Below, in pieces: positions 1 to 11,580 of a stretch of 64,000 nucleotides of DNA (positions are counted from its first letter, which is position 1; each line of letters starts with the position of its first letter). The stretch is taken from contig CAXXFV010000027.1 in NCBI GenBank assembly GCA_963674595.2, positions 32,001-96,000 on the forward strand, read 5' to 3'. The position numbers and the translations under genes were made by a program. The stretch comes from a bacterium. Lineage in GTDB: Bacteria; Zhuqueibacterota; Zhuqueibacteria; Residuimicrobiales; Krinioviventaceae. The notes under the pieces were generated by a model. That model worked only from the letters and a program-made list of their open reading frames with translations. It ran no database searches and was not told where the DNA came from.

Positions 1-2
1 AA

Positions 3-1232
3 AATTTAATAATAGACGGAAAATCTCTCAAAGAACATTTACGATTTTCAATTGCATACTGGCATACATTTTGTGGAACGGGTGATGATCCCTTCGGCCC
101 TGGGACTCAAAAGTTACCATGGCTTGATGGTGATGATCCCATGACCATTGCCTTTCAAAAACTGGATGCAGCCTTTGAGTTTTTCACAAAATTAGGCGCA
201 CCTTTTTATTGTTTTCATGATCGTGATATGGCCCCTGAAGGATCAACCGTCAAGCAGTCCCGTGACAATTTATTAAAATTGGTTGAAAAAGCTGCTGAAA
301 AACAAAAACTTTCTGGTGTAAAACTTTTATGGGGTACGGCAAACGTGTTCTCCCATCCAAGATACATGAACGGAGCCGCGACTAATCCGGATTTTTCTGT
401 TTTAACTCATGCTGCTGCTCAGGTAAAAACAGCTTTGGATGCAACGGTGGCACTTGGCGGAGAAAATTATGTTTTTTGGGGCGGACGTGAAGGTTATTTT
501 TCGTTGTTAAATACGGATATGAAAAGAGAGTTGGAACACCTTGCCATGTTTCTGAAAAAATCCAGGGACTATGGCAGAAAAATTGGATTCAAGGGTACAT
601 TTTTAATCGAACCAAAACCGATGGAACCGACTAAACACCAGTATGATTTTGATTCTGCTACTGTTATCGGATTTTTACAAAAATATGGACTGGATAAAGA
701 CTTTAAAATTAATATTGAAAACAATCACGCGACACTGGCCAGACACACCTTTGCACATGAAATGCAGGTTGCATCCGATGCCGGATTTTTAGGCAGTCTG
801 GATGTCAACCAGGGTGATCCGCATAACGGCTGGGATACCGATGAATTTTTATATAATATTTATGACGCTGTTGAAGCAATGATGGTGCTCATTAAAAACG
901 GTGGAATCGGCAGCGGCGGGCTTAATTTTGACGCCAAAACCAGACGCAGTTCAACCGACCTTGAGGATATTTTTATTGCACATATCCATTCTATGGATAC
1001 TCTTGCCAGTGGTTTTTTGATAGCACATAAAATTTTGAATGATTCTGAATTACCGGCAATGAAAAAAGACAGATATAAATCCTATGATTCCGGATTAGGA
1101 AAACAGTTTGAAAACAGTGAACTGGACCTTGAAACGCTTGCTGATCTGGCTGACAAAAACGGTGAACCGGAGCAAAAAAGCGGAAAACAGGAATTGTATG
1201 AAAGCATTTTAAATCGCTATATTCTCGGTTAA
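3..1232 (+). CDS. xylA: Xylose isomerase (class II), 5' end truncated by window edge
   Basis: Frame is open from base 3 (KEHLRFSIAYWHTFCGTGDDPFG) into the listed ORF; motifs FHDRD, WGGREGY, IEPKPMEP, GWDTDEF, NFDAK. Confidence 0.97.
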   Translation, partial: NLIIDGKSLKEHLRFSIAYWHTFCGTGDDPFGPGTQKLPWLDGDDPMTIAFQKLDAAFEFFTKLGAPFYCFHDRDMAPEGSTVKQSRDNLLKLVEKAAEKQKLSGVKLLWGTANVFSHPRYMNGAATNPDFSVLTHAAAQVKTALDATVALGGENYVFWGGREGYFSLLNTDMKRELEHLAMFLKKSRDYGRKIGFKGTFLIEPKPMEPTKHQYDFDSATVIGFLQKYGLDKDFKINIENNHATLARHTFAHEMQVASDAGFLGSLDVNQGDPHNGWDTDEFLYNIYDAVEAMMVLIKNGGIGSGGLNFDAKTRRSSTDLEDIFIAHIHSMDTLASGFLIAHKILNDSELPAMKKDRYKSYDSGLGKQFENSELDLETLADLADKNGEPEQKSGKQELYESILNRYILG

Positions 1233-1277
1233 GCCTTTTAATTCAACATTTATTATATACATCTATTTAATAATTGA

Positions 1278-1321
1278 GCAGCGCTTAAGATACTTGTAAA
1301 ATTGGTGTTTTAAAGCGCTGC
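1278..1321. terminator. GC-rich hairpin downstream of xylA
   Basis: GCAGCGCTT...AAGCGCTGC inverted repeat; no clear U-tract. Confidence 0.45.
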
Positions 1322-1559
1322 AAATACACTTGAAAAGTAAAAGTTTTTTATTTCCTCATAGAATATTTCCTATGCTATTTGTATATTAAAAGCATAGGAT
1401 AAATCAAATTAATTAAAATTTTGGGAATAATTCCTGATAAAATTTCGTATCTTGCTTAAAACAAACCACAAAGATTAAAAGATTATTCATCATAAAAATA
1501 ATTGACAGTATTTTTAATTTCGTTCTAAACTGCCTGTTTAAAATAAAGGAAAAAATCTA

Positions 1560-2207
1560 TTGGCTCAATTATTTCCCCGCTGGACGAATAAAGCACCACT
1601 TTATGTTTTAATTGCCGTTACCTGTCTTATATTTTTGACTATTTTTGTTATCTGGTATTATGGCTCGCCCAAATATACGGACGCAGGCTATCAACCTCAA
1701 CAACCCATTCCATACAGTCATAAGCTTCATGTTGGGGACCTTGGGATGGATTGCCGGTATTGCCATTCTCAAATCGAATTTACAGCTATGGCCAACATAC
1801 CATCCACACAAACCTGCATGAATTGCCACAGTATTATTTTTAAAGACAGTGATAAATTGATGCCATTGAAGGAAAGCCGGCTGACCAACAAACCCATACA
1901 ATGGATCAAAATTCACAAGCTGCCGGATTATGCTTATTTTGATCACAGCGCCCATCTTTCTGCCGGAATCGGATGTTCATCATGTCATGGTCAGATTGAT
2001 AAAATGGAAGTTGTCCATCAGGTCCAACCATTGAGTATGAGTTGGTGTCTGGAGTGTCATAGAAAACCCGAAAAACATATTCGCCCCGTATCTGAAATAA
2101 CAAATATGAATTGGAAACCTTTGGAAAATCAAAAAGAATTCGCACTTGACGTAATAGATGAAAAAAAATTGAATCCGCCGGTTGAATGTTCAGGATGTCA
2201 TCGATGA
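1560..2207 (+). CDS. actA: Alternative complex III pentaheme cytochrome c subunit
   Basis: N-terminal TM helix; five CxxCH (CRYCH, CMNCH, CSSCH, CLECH, CSGCH); QPIPYSHKLH; first gene of act cluster. Confidence 0.93.
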   Translation: MAQLFPRWTNKAPLYVLIAVTCLIFLTIFVIWYYGSPKYTDAGYQPQQPIPYSHKLHVGDLGMDCRYCHSQIEFTAMANIPSTQTCMNCHSIIFKDSDKLMPLKESRLTNKPIQWIKIHKLPDYAYFDHSAHLSAGIGCSSCHGQIDKMEVVHQVQPLSMSWCLECHRKPEKHIRPVSEITNMNWKPLENQKEFALDVIDEKKLNPPVECSGCHR

Positions 2208-5173
2208 AAAATTTAAAACAAAAACGTTTATGGCACAGTTTGGATCAGTTAAAACAAACCCAAAAATTTAAAGAGTTTGTTGAAAACGAGTTTCCGCCTT
2301 TGCCCGACAACAGTCATCTCGTTTCACGACGCAAGTTTATTTCATTAATGGGAGCATCTTTTGCTCTGGCAGGGCTGGTGTCATGCAGAAGACCTATTGA
2401 AAAAATAATACCCTATGTAAAACCACCGGAAAATTCTATTCTTGGACAGCCCAATTATTTTGCTACAACCATGCCCTTTGCTAATACGGCCCAGGGATTG
2501 TTGATTAAAACTAATGAAGGACGACCGACAAAAGTTGAAGGAAATGATCTGCACCCGGCCAATTTGGGCGCGACCAATATTTTTTCTCAAGCCTCTGTTT
2601 TAAATTTATACGATCCGGACCGTGCTAAATCTGTTACGTTGGAAGGAAAAAAGAAAAGCCGGCAGGATTTTGTTGATGATTGGCAGAACCAGTATAAATT
2701 ATTAGGTGATAAAAAGGGGAGAGGTGTCGCTGTTTTATCGACTGCTTTTTCATCGCCCACATTAGCACGTCTGGCAGATAAGTTTAAAAATACGTTTCCC
2801 CAGGCGGAATGGTATGTTTATGAACCAATCAATAATGAAAATGTATTTCAAGGTATAAAAACAGCAACAGGTGAACAATTTTTCCCTGTTTATCATTTTG
2901 ATAAAGCAAAAGTAATTTTGTCCCTGGACTTTGATTTTTTATATTCTGATCCGGACAGCGTTTTTTACACACAACAATTTTCTTCAGGACGTGAAGCCGG
3001 GCACTCTTTAGAGGACATGAACCGACTTTATTGTGTTGAAAGTGTTTTTTCAGTAACCGGCGCCAATGCAGACCACAGACTGTGTTTAACTTCGCAATAT
3101 ATGTTGCCTTTTCTCCAGAGTTTAATAACTGAGTTAAATGCTCTTGGATTAAAAATTAATATTGATGATGCTGAAATTGGCAGTGATATTGAGCTAAATA
3201 AAGAGTGGATCAAAGCCGTTGCCCGTGATTTATACCTCAACAAAGGCACGTCTCTTATTGTTGCCGGGCCCAATCAACCTTCTGTTGTACATGCTTTAGT
3301 CCTGTTGATTAACAAACATCTATCAAATATAAATAATACGGTAAAATATCGTCAACCTGTTGACAGTTATAGATCAGACACTTCCGGTCTTTATCGACTG
3401 CAAAATCAAATTCAAAACAATGAAATTGATACGCTAATTATTTTAGGTGGTAACCCTGTTTATAACACTCCGGGAGATATTGACTTTGCTTCTTTGTTTA
3501 AAAATGTGGATTATACGGTTCATTTGAGCGAATCGTTTAACGAAACATCTGAAAGAGTCAAGTGGCATATTCCTGAAACCCATTACATGGAGTCCTGGGG
3601 CGATGCATATTCATTGCAGGGAATTGCCGGTATCATTCAGCCATTAATTCAACCCTTGTTTGATGCTCACAGTAATGTTGAATTGTTAAATCTTTTGTCA
3701 AGCGGCGAGGATGTGAAAGGTTATGACCTTGTTCGTGATACCTGGGTGAAAATATTACCCAAAGGAAATTTTGAGTACCAATGGCAAAAATTATTACATG
3801 ATGGATATTATTCAAATACTGTAGATTATAAAACAGATTTTAAAATAAATGAAAAAAATATTTCTAAAAATGTAGTCAAGACTCTGCAAAGCATTAAACC
3901 TGTTTCCAAAGAAAATCCGGAATTGATATGCCTTGCTTCGGGAAATGTATATGACGGACGTTTCAGCAATAACGGTTGGCTGCAGGAACTGCCTGATCCG
4001 ATTTCCAAGCTGTCCTGGGACAATGCCTTGTACATGAACCAAAAAACAGCAGATGCTTTGAGCGTTAAAAACGAAGATCTGGTAAAAATACAACTTGATG
4101 ACAAAACGGTTACAGCCCCGGTTTGGATTGTTCCGGGCTATGCTGATTTTACCCTGGCAATTGCTCATGGTTACGGAAGAACAAAATGCGGTGATGTGGG
4201 CAATAATGTCGGCACCAATATATATCCGCTTCAAAGGCAGAATGCCATGAATGTGATCAGAGGTATTCGTATTGAAAAGACCGGAAAAAAATATTCGTTA
4301 GCTTCTACCCAGGACCACGGTAGTATGGAAGGCCGGCCTCTGGCTTTGGAAGCTTCTTTACAGGAATTTTTAAAACACCCGGAATTTGTTCATGAACACA
4401 GTGAACATCCGCCTCTTAAAAACCTTGGATTTGAGCACAAGTATGATAAAGGTTATCAATGGGGAATGACGATCGATCTAAACCGGTGTATAGGCTGTAA
4501 TGCCTGTACCATTGCCTGTCAGAGCGAGAACAATATCCCTATTGTGGGTAAAAAACAGGTAAAAAACGGCCGGGAAATGCACTGGATAAGACTGGACCGG
4601 TATTTCACCGGAGAACCGGATAATCCGGGTATCATCCATCAGCCGGTTGCCTGTCACCATTGCGAAAATGCGCCCTGTGAGCAGGTTTGTCCGGTTGCTG
4701 CAACGATCCACGACAAAGAGGGTTTGAATTTGATGACCTATAACCGCTGTGTCGGCACACGATATTGCTCCAACAATTGTCCTTATAAAGTAAGGCGATT
4801 CAACTTTTTCAACTATACGTCAGACATGCCGGAAATTTTCAAAATGACACAAAACCCGGATGTAACAGTTCGGTCCCGTGGTGTTATGGAAAAATGTACT
4901 TATTGTGTTCAGCGCATCAACGAAGCCAAGTTGAAAGCGAAAAAACAGGGCACAACAGTAAAAGACGGTGAATTAAAAACAGCTTGTCAACAAGCATGTC
5001 CGGCGCAGGCCATTCAATTTGGAAATATTTTGGAAGAAAACAGCACTGTTGTCAACTTGAAGCAAAATCATCGTGCTTATGAAATGCTGGCCGAACTGAA
5101 TATTCGACCAAGGACTTCTTATCTGGCAAGAATTAAAAATATAAACCCTGAAATAGAAAAGCTGGAAATTTGA
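2204..5173 (+). CDS. actB: Alternative complex III subunit B (TAT, molybdopterin-oxidoreductase-like + Fe-S domain)
   Basis: [12 protein letters not shown] Tat motif, [10 protein letters not shown]-terminal [31 protein letters not shown]; start moved to ATG 2204 (ATGA overlap with actA stop). Confidence 0.93.
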   Translation: MKNLKQKRLWHSLDQLKQTQKFKEFVENEFPPLPDNSHLVSRRKFISLMGASFALAGLVSCRRPIEKIIPYVKPPENSILGQPNYFATTMPFANTAQGLLIKTNEGRPTKVEGNDLHPANLGATNIFSQASVLNLYDPDRAKSVTLEGKKKSRQDFVDDWQNQYKLLGDKKGRGVAVLSTAFSSPTLARLADKFKNTFPQAEWYVYEPINNENVFQGIKTATGEQFFPVYHFDKAKVILSLDFDFLYSDPDSVFYTQQFSSGREAGHSLEDMNRLYCVESVFSVTGANADHRLCLTSQYMLPFLQSLITELNALGLKINIDDAEIGSDIELNKEWIKAVARDLYLNKGTSLIVAGPNQPSVVHALVLLINKHLSNINNTVKYRQPVDSYRSDTSGLYRLQNQIQNNEIDTLIILGGNPVYNTPGDIDFASLFKNVDYTVHLSESFNETSERVKWHIPETHYMESWGDAYSLQGIAGIIQPLIQPLFDAHSNVELLNLLSSGEDVKGYDLVRDTWVKILPKGNFEYQWQKLLHDGYYSNTVDYKTDFKINEKNISKNVVKTLQSIKPVSKENPELICLASGNVYDGRFSNNGWLQELPDPISKLSWDNALYMNQKTADALSVKNEDLVKIQLDDKTVTAPVWIVPGYADFTLAIAHGYGRTKCGDVGNNVGTNIYPLQRQNAMNVIRGIRIEKTGKKYSLASTQDHGSMEGRPLALEASLQEFLKHPEFVHEHSEHPPLKNLGFEHKYDKGYQWGMTIDLNRCIGCNACTIACQSENNIPIVGKKQVKNGREMHWIRLDRYFTGEPDNPGIIHQPVACHHCENAPCEQVCPVAATIHDKEGLNLMTYNRCVGTRYCSNNCPYKVRRFNFFNYTSDMPEIFKMTQNPDVTVRSRGVMEKCTYCVQRINEAKLKAKKQGTTVKDGELKTACQQACPAQAIQFGNILEENSTVVNLKQNHRAYEMLAELNIRPRTSYLARIKNINPEIEKLEI

Positions 5174-5174
5174 T

Positions 5175-6584
5175 ATGGGTGAAACAGTGAATTCTTATAA
5201 AAATCATCATATAGATGTCGATTCGGACCAGGCATTAATACTGGGTAATCCGACGTTCCATTCCATCACTCAGGATGTTTCCGGAATTGTAGAAAAAAGA
5301 ACACCGTTGCCGTGGTATTTTCTTGTTGCTTTGACCACATCACTGGCTTTGCTCATGTTTGGAATGATCGGGTATCTGTTTTTTGAGGGTATCGGCATAT
5401 GGGGATTGAATAACCCTGTCGGCTGGGGATGGGCAATCATCAATTTTGTCTTTTGGGTTGGTATTGGTCATGCCGGAACATTGATCTCGGCGATTCTTTT
5501 TCTGTTGAGACAAAAGTGGCGGACATCAATAAACCGTTTTGCAGAAGGAATGACAATTTTTGCCGTCATTACGGCACTCATATTCCCGGGAATCCATGTT
5601 GGTCGGGTTTGGGTGGTTTACTGGCTTTTACCCTATCCAAATCAAATGTCCATGTGGCCCAACTTTCGCAGTCCATTGGTATGGGATATTTTTGCCGTAG
5701 GAACATATTTTCTGGTTTCCTTTACATTCTGGTATATGGGGCTCATTCCGGATTTTGCAACTTTGCGTGATCGCACCAAAAAGAAATTAAAAAAGATGGT
5801 CTATGGCTTTTTTGCAATGGGATGGAGAGGAGGCAACCGGCAATGGAAACATTATGAACTGGCTTATCTTTTGCTGGCCGGTCTTTCCACGCCGCTTGTT
5901 CTGTCCGTCCATAGTGTCGTAAGTACCGATTTTGCTACCAGTATACTACCAGGCTGGCACACCACTATATTTCCCCCTTATTTTGTTGCCGGCGCGGTTT
6001 TTTCCGGGTTTGCCATGGTGACAACATTGGCTATTATCGTCCGTAAAATTTTTAAAATTGAACACATTATTACCGTTAATCATCTGGAAAAGATGGCTAA
6101 AATCATGCTGGCAACCGGTATGATGGTTGGTTATTCATATTCCATAGAATTTTTTATGGCCTGGTACAGTGGAAATGGGTATGAAGCTTTTACATTTTTA
6201 AACCGGGCTTTTGGTCCCTATGCCTGGGCTTATTGGATTATGATTTCCTGCAACGTTCTTGTTCCGCAGTTTTTCTGGTTTAAAAAACTTCGTAATAGTA
6301 TTCCATTTTTATTTGTGGCAACAATTTTTATAAACATAGGAATGTGGTTCGAACGTTTTGTTATTGTGGTTTCATCGTTATCACGTGATTTTTTACCATC
6401 CAGTTGGGACTATTTTACTCCGACAATGTATGATATTGGCATTTTTGTCGGTTCTTTTGGATTGTTTTTAACACTGTTTTTATTATTTGTAAGATTTCTA
6501 CCCATAATTGCCATGTCGGAAGTGAAAGGCGTATTACCACAGGCACAAGTTGATCATCACAAAACTGATAGTAAAACATTATGA
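5175..6584 (+). CDS. actC: Alternative complex III subunit C (NrfD/PsrC family)
   Basis: Polytopic; [45 protein letters not shown]. Confidence 0.95.
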   Translation: MGETVNSYKNHHIDVDSDQALILGNPTFHSITQDVSGIVEKRTPLPWYFLVALTTSLALLMFGMIGYLFFEGIGIWGLNNPVGWGWAIINFVFWVGIGHAGTLISAILFLLRQKWRTSINRFAEGMTIFAVITALIFPGIHVGRVWVVYWLLPYPNQMSMWPNFRSPLVWDIFAVGTYFLVSFTFWYMGLIPDFATLRDRTKKKLKKMVYGFFAMGWRGGNRQWKHYELAYLLLAGLSTPLVLSVHSVVSTDFATSILPGWHTTIFPPYFVAGAVFSGFAMVTTLAIIVRKIFKIEHIITVNHLEKMAKIMLATGMMVGYSYSIEFFMAWYSGNGYEAFTFLNRAFGPYAWAYWIMISCNVLVPQFFWFKKLRNSIPFLFVATIFINIGMWFERFVIVVSSLSRDFLPSSWDYFTPTMYDIGIFVGSFGLFLTLFLLFVRFLPIIAMSEVKGVLPQAQVDHHKTDSKTL

Positions 6585-7156
6585 GTAAAGAAAATAAGAT
6601 ACTGGGCATATTAGCCGAATTTGATGGTCCGGACGCATTATTAAATGCTGCGGAAAATGTTAAAAAAGCCGGATATAAAAAATTTGACTGTCATTCTCCT
6701 TTTCCCATTCATGGAATGGATGAGGCTATGGGGCTAAAACGGTCACCATTGGGATGGATTGTTGGTATTTCCGCCTTGACCGGCGCGGCACTCGGTATGC
6801 TGTTGCAATGGTGGACAAGCAGTGTGGATTATCCTCTGGTTATATCTGGTAAATCCTTTTTTAGTTATCAGGCATTTGTGCCGGTAACCTTTGGTGTGGC
6901 TGTGCTTTTTGGAGCGTTGAGTGCCTTTTTGGGGATGCTTGTGCTGAATAAACTACCCAGACTGCATCATCCTGTTTTTTATTCCGACCGGTTTGAAAAA
7001 TTTTCAGATGATGCCTTTTTCCTGAGTATGGATGCGAATGATCCGAAATTTGATTCAGGAACAATTCACGATTTTCTTACAAACTTGAATTCTACAAATA
7101 TAACATTTATTGAACCCGATGATGCTAAAGTTGTTGCGGTTGAGGAGGAACAATAA
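6581..7156 (+). CDS. actD: Alternative complex III subunit D (DUF3341)
   Basis: AEFD...[14 protein letters not shown], two TM helices, position in cluster. Confidence 0.92.
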   Translation: MSKENKILGILAEFDGPDALLNAAENVKKAGYKKFDCHSPFPIHGMDEAMGLKRSPLGWIVGISALTGAALGMLLQWWTSSVDYPLVISGKSFFSYQAFVPVTFGVAVLFGALSAFLGMLVLNKLPRLHHPVFYSDRFEKFSDDAFFLSMDANDPKFDSGTIHDFLTNLNSTNITFIEPDDAKVVAVEEEQ

Positions 7157-7762
7157 ATGAAAAAAACGAGCCTTTTATTTTGTATTCTATTTTTATCCTT
7201 TTTTGCCAACTGTTATCGCGGTAGTTCTTCTGAAAAACCGCCTGTTCATATAGTGCCTGATATGGACAATCAACCTAAATACAAAGCACAATCCGAATCC
7301 AAATTTTTCGATGATCAATCGACCATGAGGTTACCTGTGCCCGGAACAGTGGCTCAAAATGCTTTCCCAATAGATATTGTATACTCGACAGGAAGAAATG
7401 ACGATTCAAGTTATATTACCATAATTCCTGAAAAATTAACTGCATCTGTTCTAAAACGGGGTAAAGAACGATTTAATATCTTTTGTTCACCCTGTCATAG
7501 CCAGACAGGAGATGGACAGGGAGTCGTTGTGAATCGTGGTTACATTCCGCCACCGTCATTTCACACCGATTATTTGATAAACATCCCGGATGGATATATT
7601 TTTAATGTGATTACCAATGGAATTCGAAATATGCCTTCCTATGCACATCAAATCCCTGTAAAAGACAGATGGGCGATTGTGGGTTATGTTCGTGCTCTTC
7701 AAATATCCCAGAGCGCAAAAATAAATGATTTTCCTGCTGAATTATTATCAGAAATTAAATGA
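7157..7762 (+). CDS. actE: Alternative complex III monoheme cytochrome c lipoprotein
   Basis: Lipobox-like FANC, PDMDNQPKYK, single CSPCH, MPSYA. Confidence 0.9.
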   Translation: MKKTSLLFCILFLSFFANCYRGSSSEKPPVHIVPDMDNQPKYKAQSESKFFDDQSTMRLPVPGTVAQNAFPIDIVYSTGRNDDSSYITIIPEKLTASVLKRGKERFNIFCSPCHSQTGDGQGVVVNRGYIPPPSFHTDYLINIPDGYIFNVITNGIRNMPSYAHQIPVKDRWAIVGYVRALQISQSAKINDFPAELLSEIK

Positions 7763-7772
7763 GATACCGCTT

Positions 7773-8945
7773 ATGCAAGATTCATTTTATTTTAAAGTCA
7801 ATAGTCGTAATCGTAACATATTTTTAATAATCGGTTCAATCGGACTGATCATTTCATTTATAGGCGCATTTTTAAAACCTGATTTGTTTTATAGCTCTTA
7901 TCTGGTCTCTTTTGTCTTTTGGCTTTCAATTGCCCTGGGAAGTTTGTTTTTACTTGTGTTACATTATTTAACCGGGGCTGTTTGGAGTGTGGTGCTGCGC
8001 CGGTTATTTGAGCATTTGACATCTGTTATTCCGTTATTCCTGATTTTGTTTATACCGGTTATCTTTGGGATTCATCATTTGTTTGAATGGAGCCATACAG
8101 AAATTGTTAAAAACGATGCCCTGCTTACTCATAAATCCGCTTTTTTAAACACACCTTTTTTTATTATTCGCTCTCTTGTTTATTTTGTGATCTGGTCATT
8201 TACAGCATTATTCTTTTTTAAATTATCTCTTAAACAAGACCAAACAGGTGACAGTTCAATATTAACAACGTTAAGACGAACCAGTCCGCCGGCTATTATC
8301 TTGTTTGCGCTTACGTTAACTTTTGCGTCGTTTGATTGGTTAATGTCTCTTGAAGCACACTGGTATTCCACTATTTTTGGTGTTTACATCTTTAGTGGTG
8401 CAACCGTAGGAGCTCTGGCAGGCATGATTATATTAGTTTTGTTTCTGCACAAAAATAACATGCTTAAAAATACCATTACTGTTGAACATTATCATGATCT
8501 TGGTAAATTGTTATTCACTTTTACGGTATTTTGGGCTTATATGGCTTTTTCGCAATACTTTTTAATTTGGTATGCCAACATCCCGGAGGAAACGATTTGG
8601 TATCAACACCGCTGGATAGGCTCATGGAAAATTATTAGTTTATTATTGGTTTTCGGACATTTTGTAGTGCCTTTTTTCACACTGCTGATCAGAGCAATGA
8701 AAAGAAGTGCCGGTTTTATTCTGTTTATATCATTATGGATGCTTTTTATGCACTGGATTGATATTTACTGGATTATTATGCCGACTTTTAGTCATCATGG
8801 TTTTCATTTAACACTTTTCGATTTGAGCTGTTTTATAGGAATCGGTGGATTGGGTATTTGGTTTATTTTATCTCAAATCGGCAGATATCCGCTTGTGCCG
8901 ACTAAAGACCCAAATCTTGAAAAATCAATCCTGAAAAAGAATTAG
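7773..8945 (+). CDS. actF: Alternative complex III subunit F
   Basis: Polytopic; DWLMSLEAHWYSTIFG, HDLGKLL, SQYFLIWYANIPEE; likely start ATG 7773. Confidence 0.92.
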   Translation: MQDSFYFKVNSRNRNIFLIIGSIGLIISFIGAFLKPDLFYSSYLVSFVFWLSIALGSLFLLVLHYLTGAVWSVVLRRLFEHLTSVIPLFLILFIPVIFGIHHLFEWSHTEIVKNDALLTHKSAFLNTPFFIIRSLVYFVIWSFTALFFFKLSLKQDQTGDSSILTTLRRTSPPAIILFALTLTFASFDWLMSLEAHWYSTIFGVYIFSGATVGALAGMIILVLFLHKNNMLKNTITVEHYHDLGKLLFTFTVFWAYMAFSQYFLIWYANIPEETIWYQHRWIGSWKIISLLLVFGHFVVPFFTLLIRAMKRSAGFILFISLWMLFMHWIDIYWIIMPTFSHHGFHLTLFDLSCFIGIGGLGIWFILSQIGRYPLVPTKDPNLEKSILKKN

Positions 8946-9289
8946 TAAATTTACTAAAGTCCGTTAACGTTAATTCTGGTTAGTACTATCGGGGGTTTTT
9001 ACACAATATCACAATGTTTTAAAACACAGCACATCAATTTTGAATGAATCAATGACAATTCAAACAATTTCAATTTTTTATTACATAAATATTGGGACAA
9101 CAAACAGGTAATATTAAAAAAATCAGATAAAGCAATTATATTGATAACACAATATTTACCTTATCACACTTTTATAAAGATACTCCTTTGAATAATTTTT
9201 TAAAATTTATGGCATAATTGTCAGCGTTTTTGGTGTTTTCAAGTATGTATGGAAGAGGGGAATTTTATAATTTTTGAAGGAGAATAATT

Positions 9290-9940
9290 TTGAAAATATT
9301 ATATTTATATTTAGGATTTTTCGCACTTTGTGCCGGTATGGCGTTTTCCCAGGACCTTAAAGAGCCGGTTTTAACGGCTTATGTTGAACCGGATTCCGGT
9401 AAAACAAGTATTCGGGTTTCTGACGTTCAATTAAGTTTTAAATTTGCCGGATATGGGGTTTATAATCCTGAAGATTATCCTGTTATGAACAAAATTCCGC
9501 TTGAAAACGGCATGACAATAAAGCTGAACCAGATAGCAGAAATGCAATTCAGAGCGGAACGCGTCTCCTGGAAAAAGTTTATTCCCCAAAAGGAACGGCA
9601 TCAGTATAAAGATGTTGATGAAGAGGGATATCGTCGTTGGTCTGCAGTAGAAGTAAATGCAAAAATTAAAGATTGGGATGGTAAAAGTTTCAACTCGCGC
9701 ATCCTCAGACCGGAATTTGCTGATATATACCTGACAGGACAAACAAATAACGGAGTTTATAATCTGCAAATAGACCAGGAAAATGATAAAGTAATTCATG
9801 TTGTTTTTGAAGCTGAATTTGTCATGCAATGTGAAAAGGATCATCAGCACATTTTTCCAAATAAATCCTGGAAATATTGTCCCTTGTGCGGCGCTAAACT
9901 GAAAAAGCACACACGGAAAGATTATATCAAAAAAGAATAG
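9290..9940 (+). CDS. Secreted hypothetical protein with C-terminal Cys/His zinc-ribbon-like motif
   Basis: AAGGAG RBS, TTG start, signal peptide (AFS-Q), CEKDHQH...CPLCG. Confidence 0.7.
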   Translation: MKILYLYLGFFALCAGMAFSQDLKEPVLTAYVEPDSGKTSIRVSDVQLSFKFAGYGVYNPEDYPVMNKIPLENGMTIKLNQIAEMQFRAERVSWKKFIPQKERHQYKDVDEEGYRRWSAVEVNAKIKDWDGKSFNSRILRPEFADIYLTGQTNNGVYNLQIDQENDKVIHVVFEAEFVMQCEKDHQHIFPNKSWKYCPLCGAKLKKHTRKDYIKKE

Positions 9941-10043
9941 CTTTTTTCTTTGAGCAAGATTCTTGGATTTTACATTTTTTTTTCTTATCATGTCAGTATT
10001 AAACTCTGAAAACGCACTAAATCTTTTTATTTAAAAGTGATAT

Positions 10044-10568
10044 ATGGGCCAAATTCATTACGCAACAAAAGTCAGACTAATTTCCGCATTCTGTTATAAT
10101 GATAAAAAATTAATGCAGCAGGCCGTACAAAAATTTTGTGACAGTGTCGGAGATATTGATTCTACGAGTCAGGTATTTGAATTTGATCATACACCATATT
10201 ATCAAAAAGAAATGGGAAAAGATTTAAATAAAGTTTACATGTCCTTTAAAAATCTGATTAATCCGGAAGAAATAATAGAAATTAAACATTTATCAAATTC
10301 CATAGAAGACCAGCTTAGTTCAAATGGTCAACGCAATGTGAATGTAGATCCGGGATATATTGAAATCCCGAAACTGGTTTTAGCAACGACAAAAAACTAT
10401 GGACACCGCATATATCTCGGGAAAGGTATATACGGTGATGTGCAGCTTTTCTGGAGAGGCGGGGCATTTCAAACCAATCCGTGGACTTATCCGGATTATA
10501 AAGAAATAAAAAGTATTGATTTTTTTACAGATATAAGAAAAAAATTATTAGAAAGAGGAGAAAAATAA
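10044..10568 (+). CDS. DUF4416 family protein
   Basis: YYQKEMG, RNVNVDPGY, LATTKNYGHRIYL, WTYPDY. Confidence 0.85.
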   Translation: MGQIHYATKVRLISAFCYNDKKLMQQAVQKFCDSVGDIDSTSQVFEFDHTPYYQKEMGKDLNKVYMSFKNLINPEEIIEIKHLSNSIEDQLSSNGQRNVNVDPGYIEIPKLVLATTKNYGHRIYLGKGIYGDVQLFWRGGAFQTNPWTYPDYKEIKSIDFFTDIRKKLLERGEK

Positions 10569-11576
10569 TTGTCAGTAACATATAAAGACGCAGGCGTAAA
10601 CCTTGAAGCCGCCGAAGCTTCAACAAAATCCATATCTGCACTTGCAAAATCAACATTTAATTCAAATGTTCTTAAAAATATCGGGTTGTTTTCCGGTTTT
10701 TTCGAACTGGACTTGAAAAAATACTCTCATCCTGTTATTGTATCCAGTGTAGATGGTGTCGGCACAAAACTAAAAATTGCCTTTATGATGGGCAAACATG
10801 ACACTGTAGGTCATGACCTTGTAAATCATTGTGTTAACGATATTATGACATCCGGTGCTGATCCTTTATTTTTTCTTGATTATATTGGTACCTTAAATTT
10901 AACGCCTGAAAACGCCACTCAAATTGTTAAAGGGATGGCTGAAGGATGTAAAGAAAACGGATGTGCATTGATTGGCGGAGAAACCGCAGAAATGCCCGGC
11001 TTTTATCAGGCGGGTGAATATGATCTTGTCGGCTCTATTGTCGGTGCTGTTAATCGTCAGGACATCATTGACGGTTCTACGATAAAAGCAGGGGACGTTT
11101 TACTGGGCCTCCCATCTAACGGCTTGCATACCAACGGATATTCGCTTGCACGTAAAGTAATACTTGATATGGGCTCCATTGATGTTAAAGAATTTGATAA
11201 TGAATTGGGTGATTCATGGGGCAATATGCTTTTAAAAGTCCATAAAAGTTATGCACAACCCATTAAAGCTGTCAGACAGCATAAAGGCCTTGCCGGTATT
11301 AGTCATATAACCGGCGGCGGTATTGAAGGAAATACCAAACGACTTCTTTCTGACGATTTGGGTTTGAGTATAAATTGGGACAGTTGGACCGTGCCCAAAG
11401 AATTTCAGCTTATTCAAAAATATGCCTCCATTTCGGATGAAGAAATGAGACGGGTTTTTAATATGGGTATTGGATTAATTTTTGTTGTTCATCCGGAAAG
11501 TGTAGAGGAAATCAAGTCCCAACTTGAAGCCGTGGGTGAAAACGCGGTTGAAATGGGATCAATTATTAAAGGATAG
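10569..11576 (+). CDS. purM: Phosphoribosylformylglycinamidine cyclo-ligase
   Basis: YKDAGV, DGVGTKL, GGETAEMPG, SNGLHTNGYSL, HITGGG, FNMGIG. Confidence 0.97.
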   Translation: MSVTYKDAGVNLEAAEASTKSISALAKSTFNSNVLKNIGLFSGFFELDLKKYSHPVIVSSVDGVGTKLKIAFMMGKHDTVGHDLVNHCVNDIMTSGADPLFFLDYIGTLNLTPENATQIVKGMAEGCKENGCALIGGETAEMPGFYQAGEYDLVGSIVGAVNRQDIIDGSTIKAGDVLLGLPSNGLHTNGYSLARKVILDMGSIDVKEFDNELGDSWGNMLLKVHKSYAQPIKAVRQHKGLAGISHITGGGIEGNTKRLLSDDLGLSINWDSWTVPKEFQLIQKYASISDEEMRRVFNMGIGLIFVVHPESVEEIKSQLEAVGENAVEMGSIIKG

Positions 11577-11580
11577 TTTT

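Noticed and set aside
9210-9225. sigma54-like TGGCAT...GC upstream of 9290
   Set aside because: GG to GC spacing is 13 rather than 12 and the TTGC element is missing
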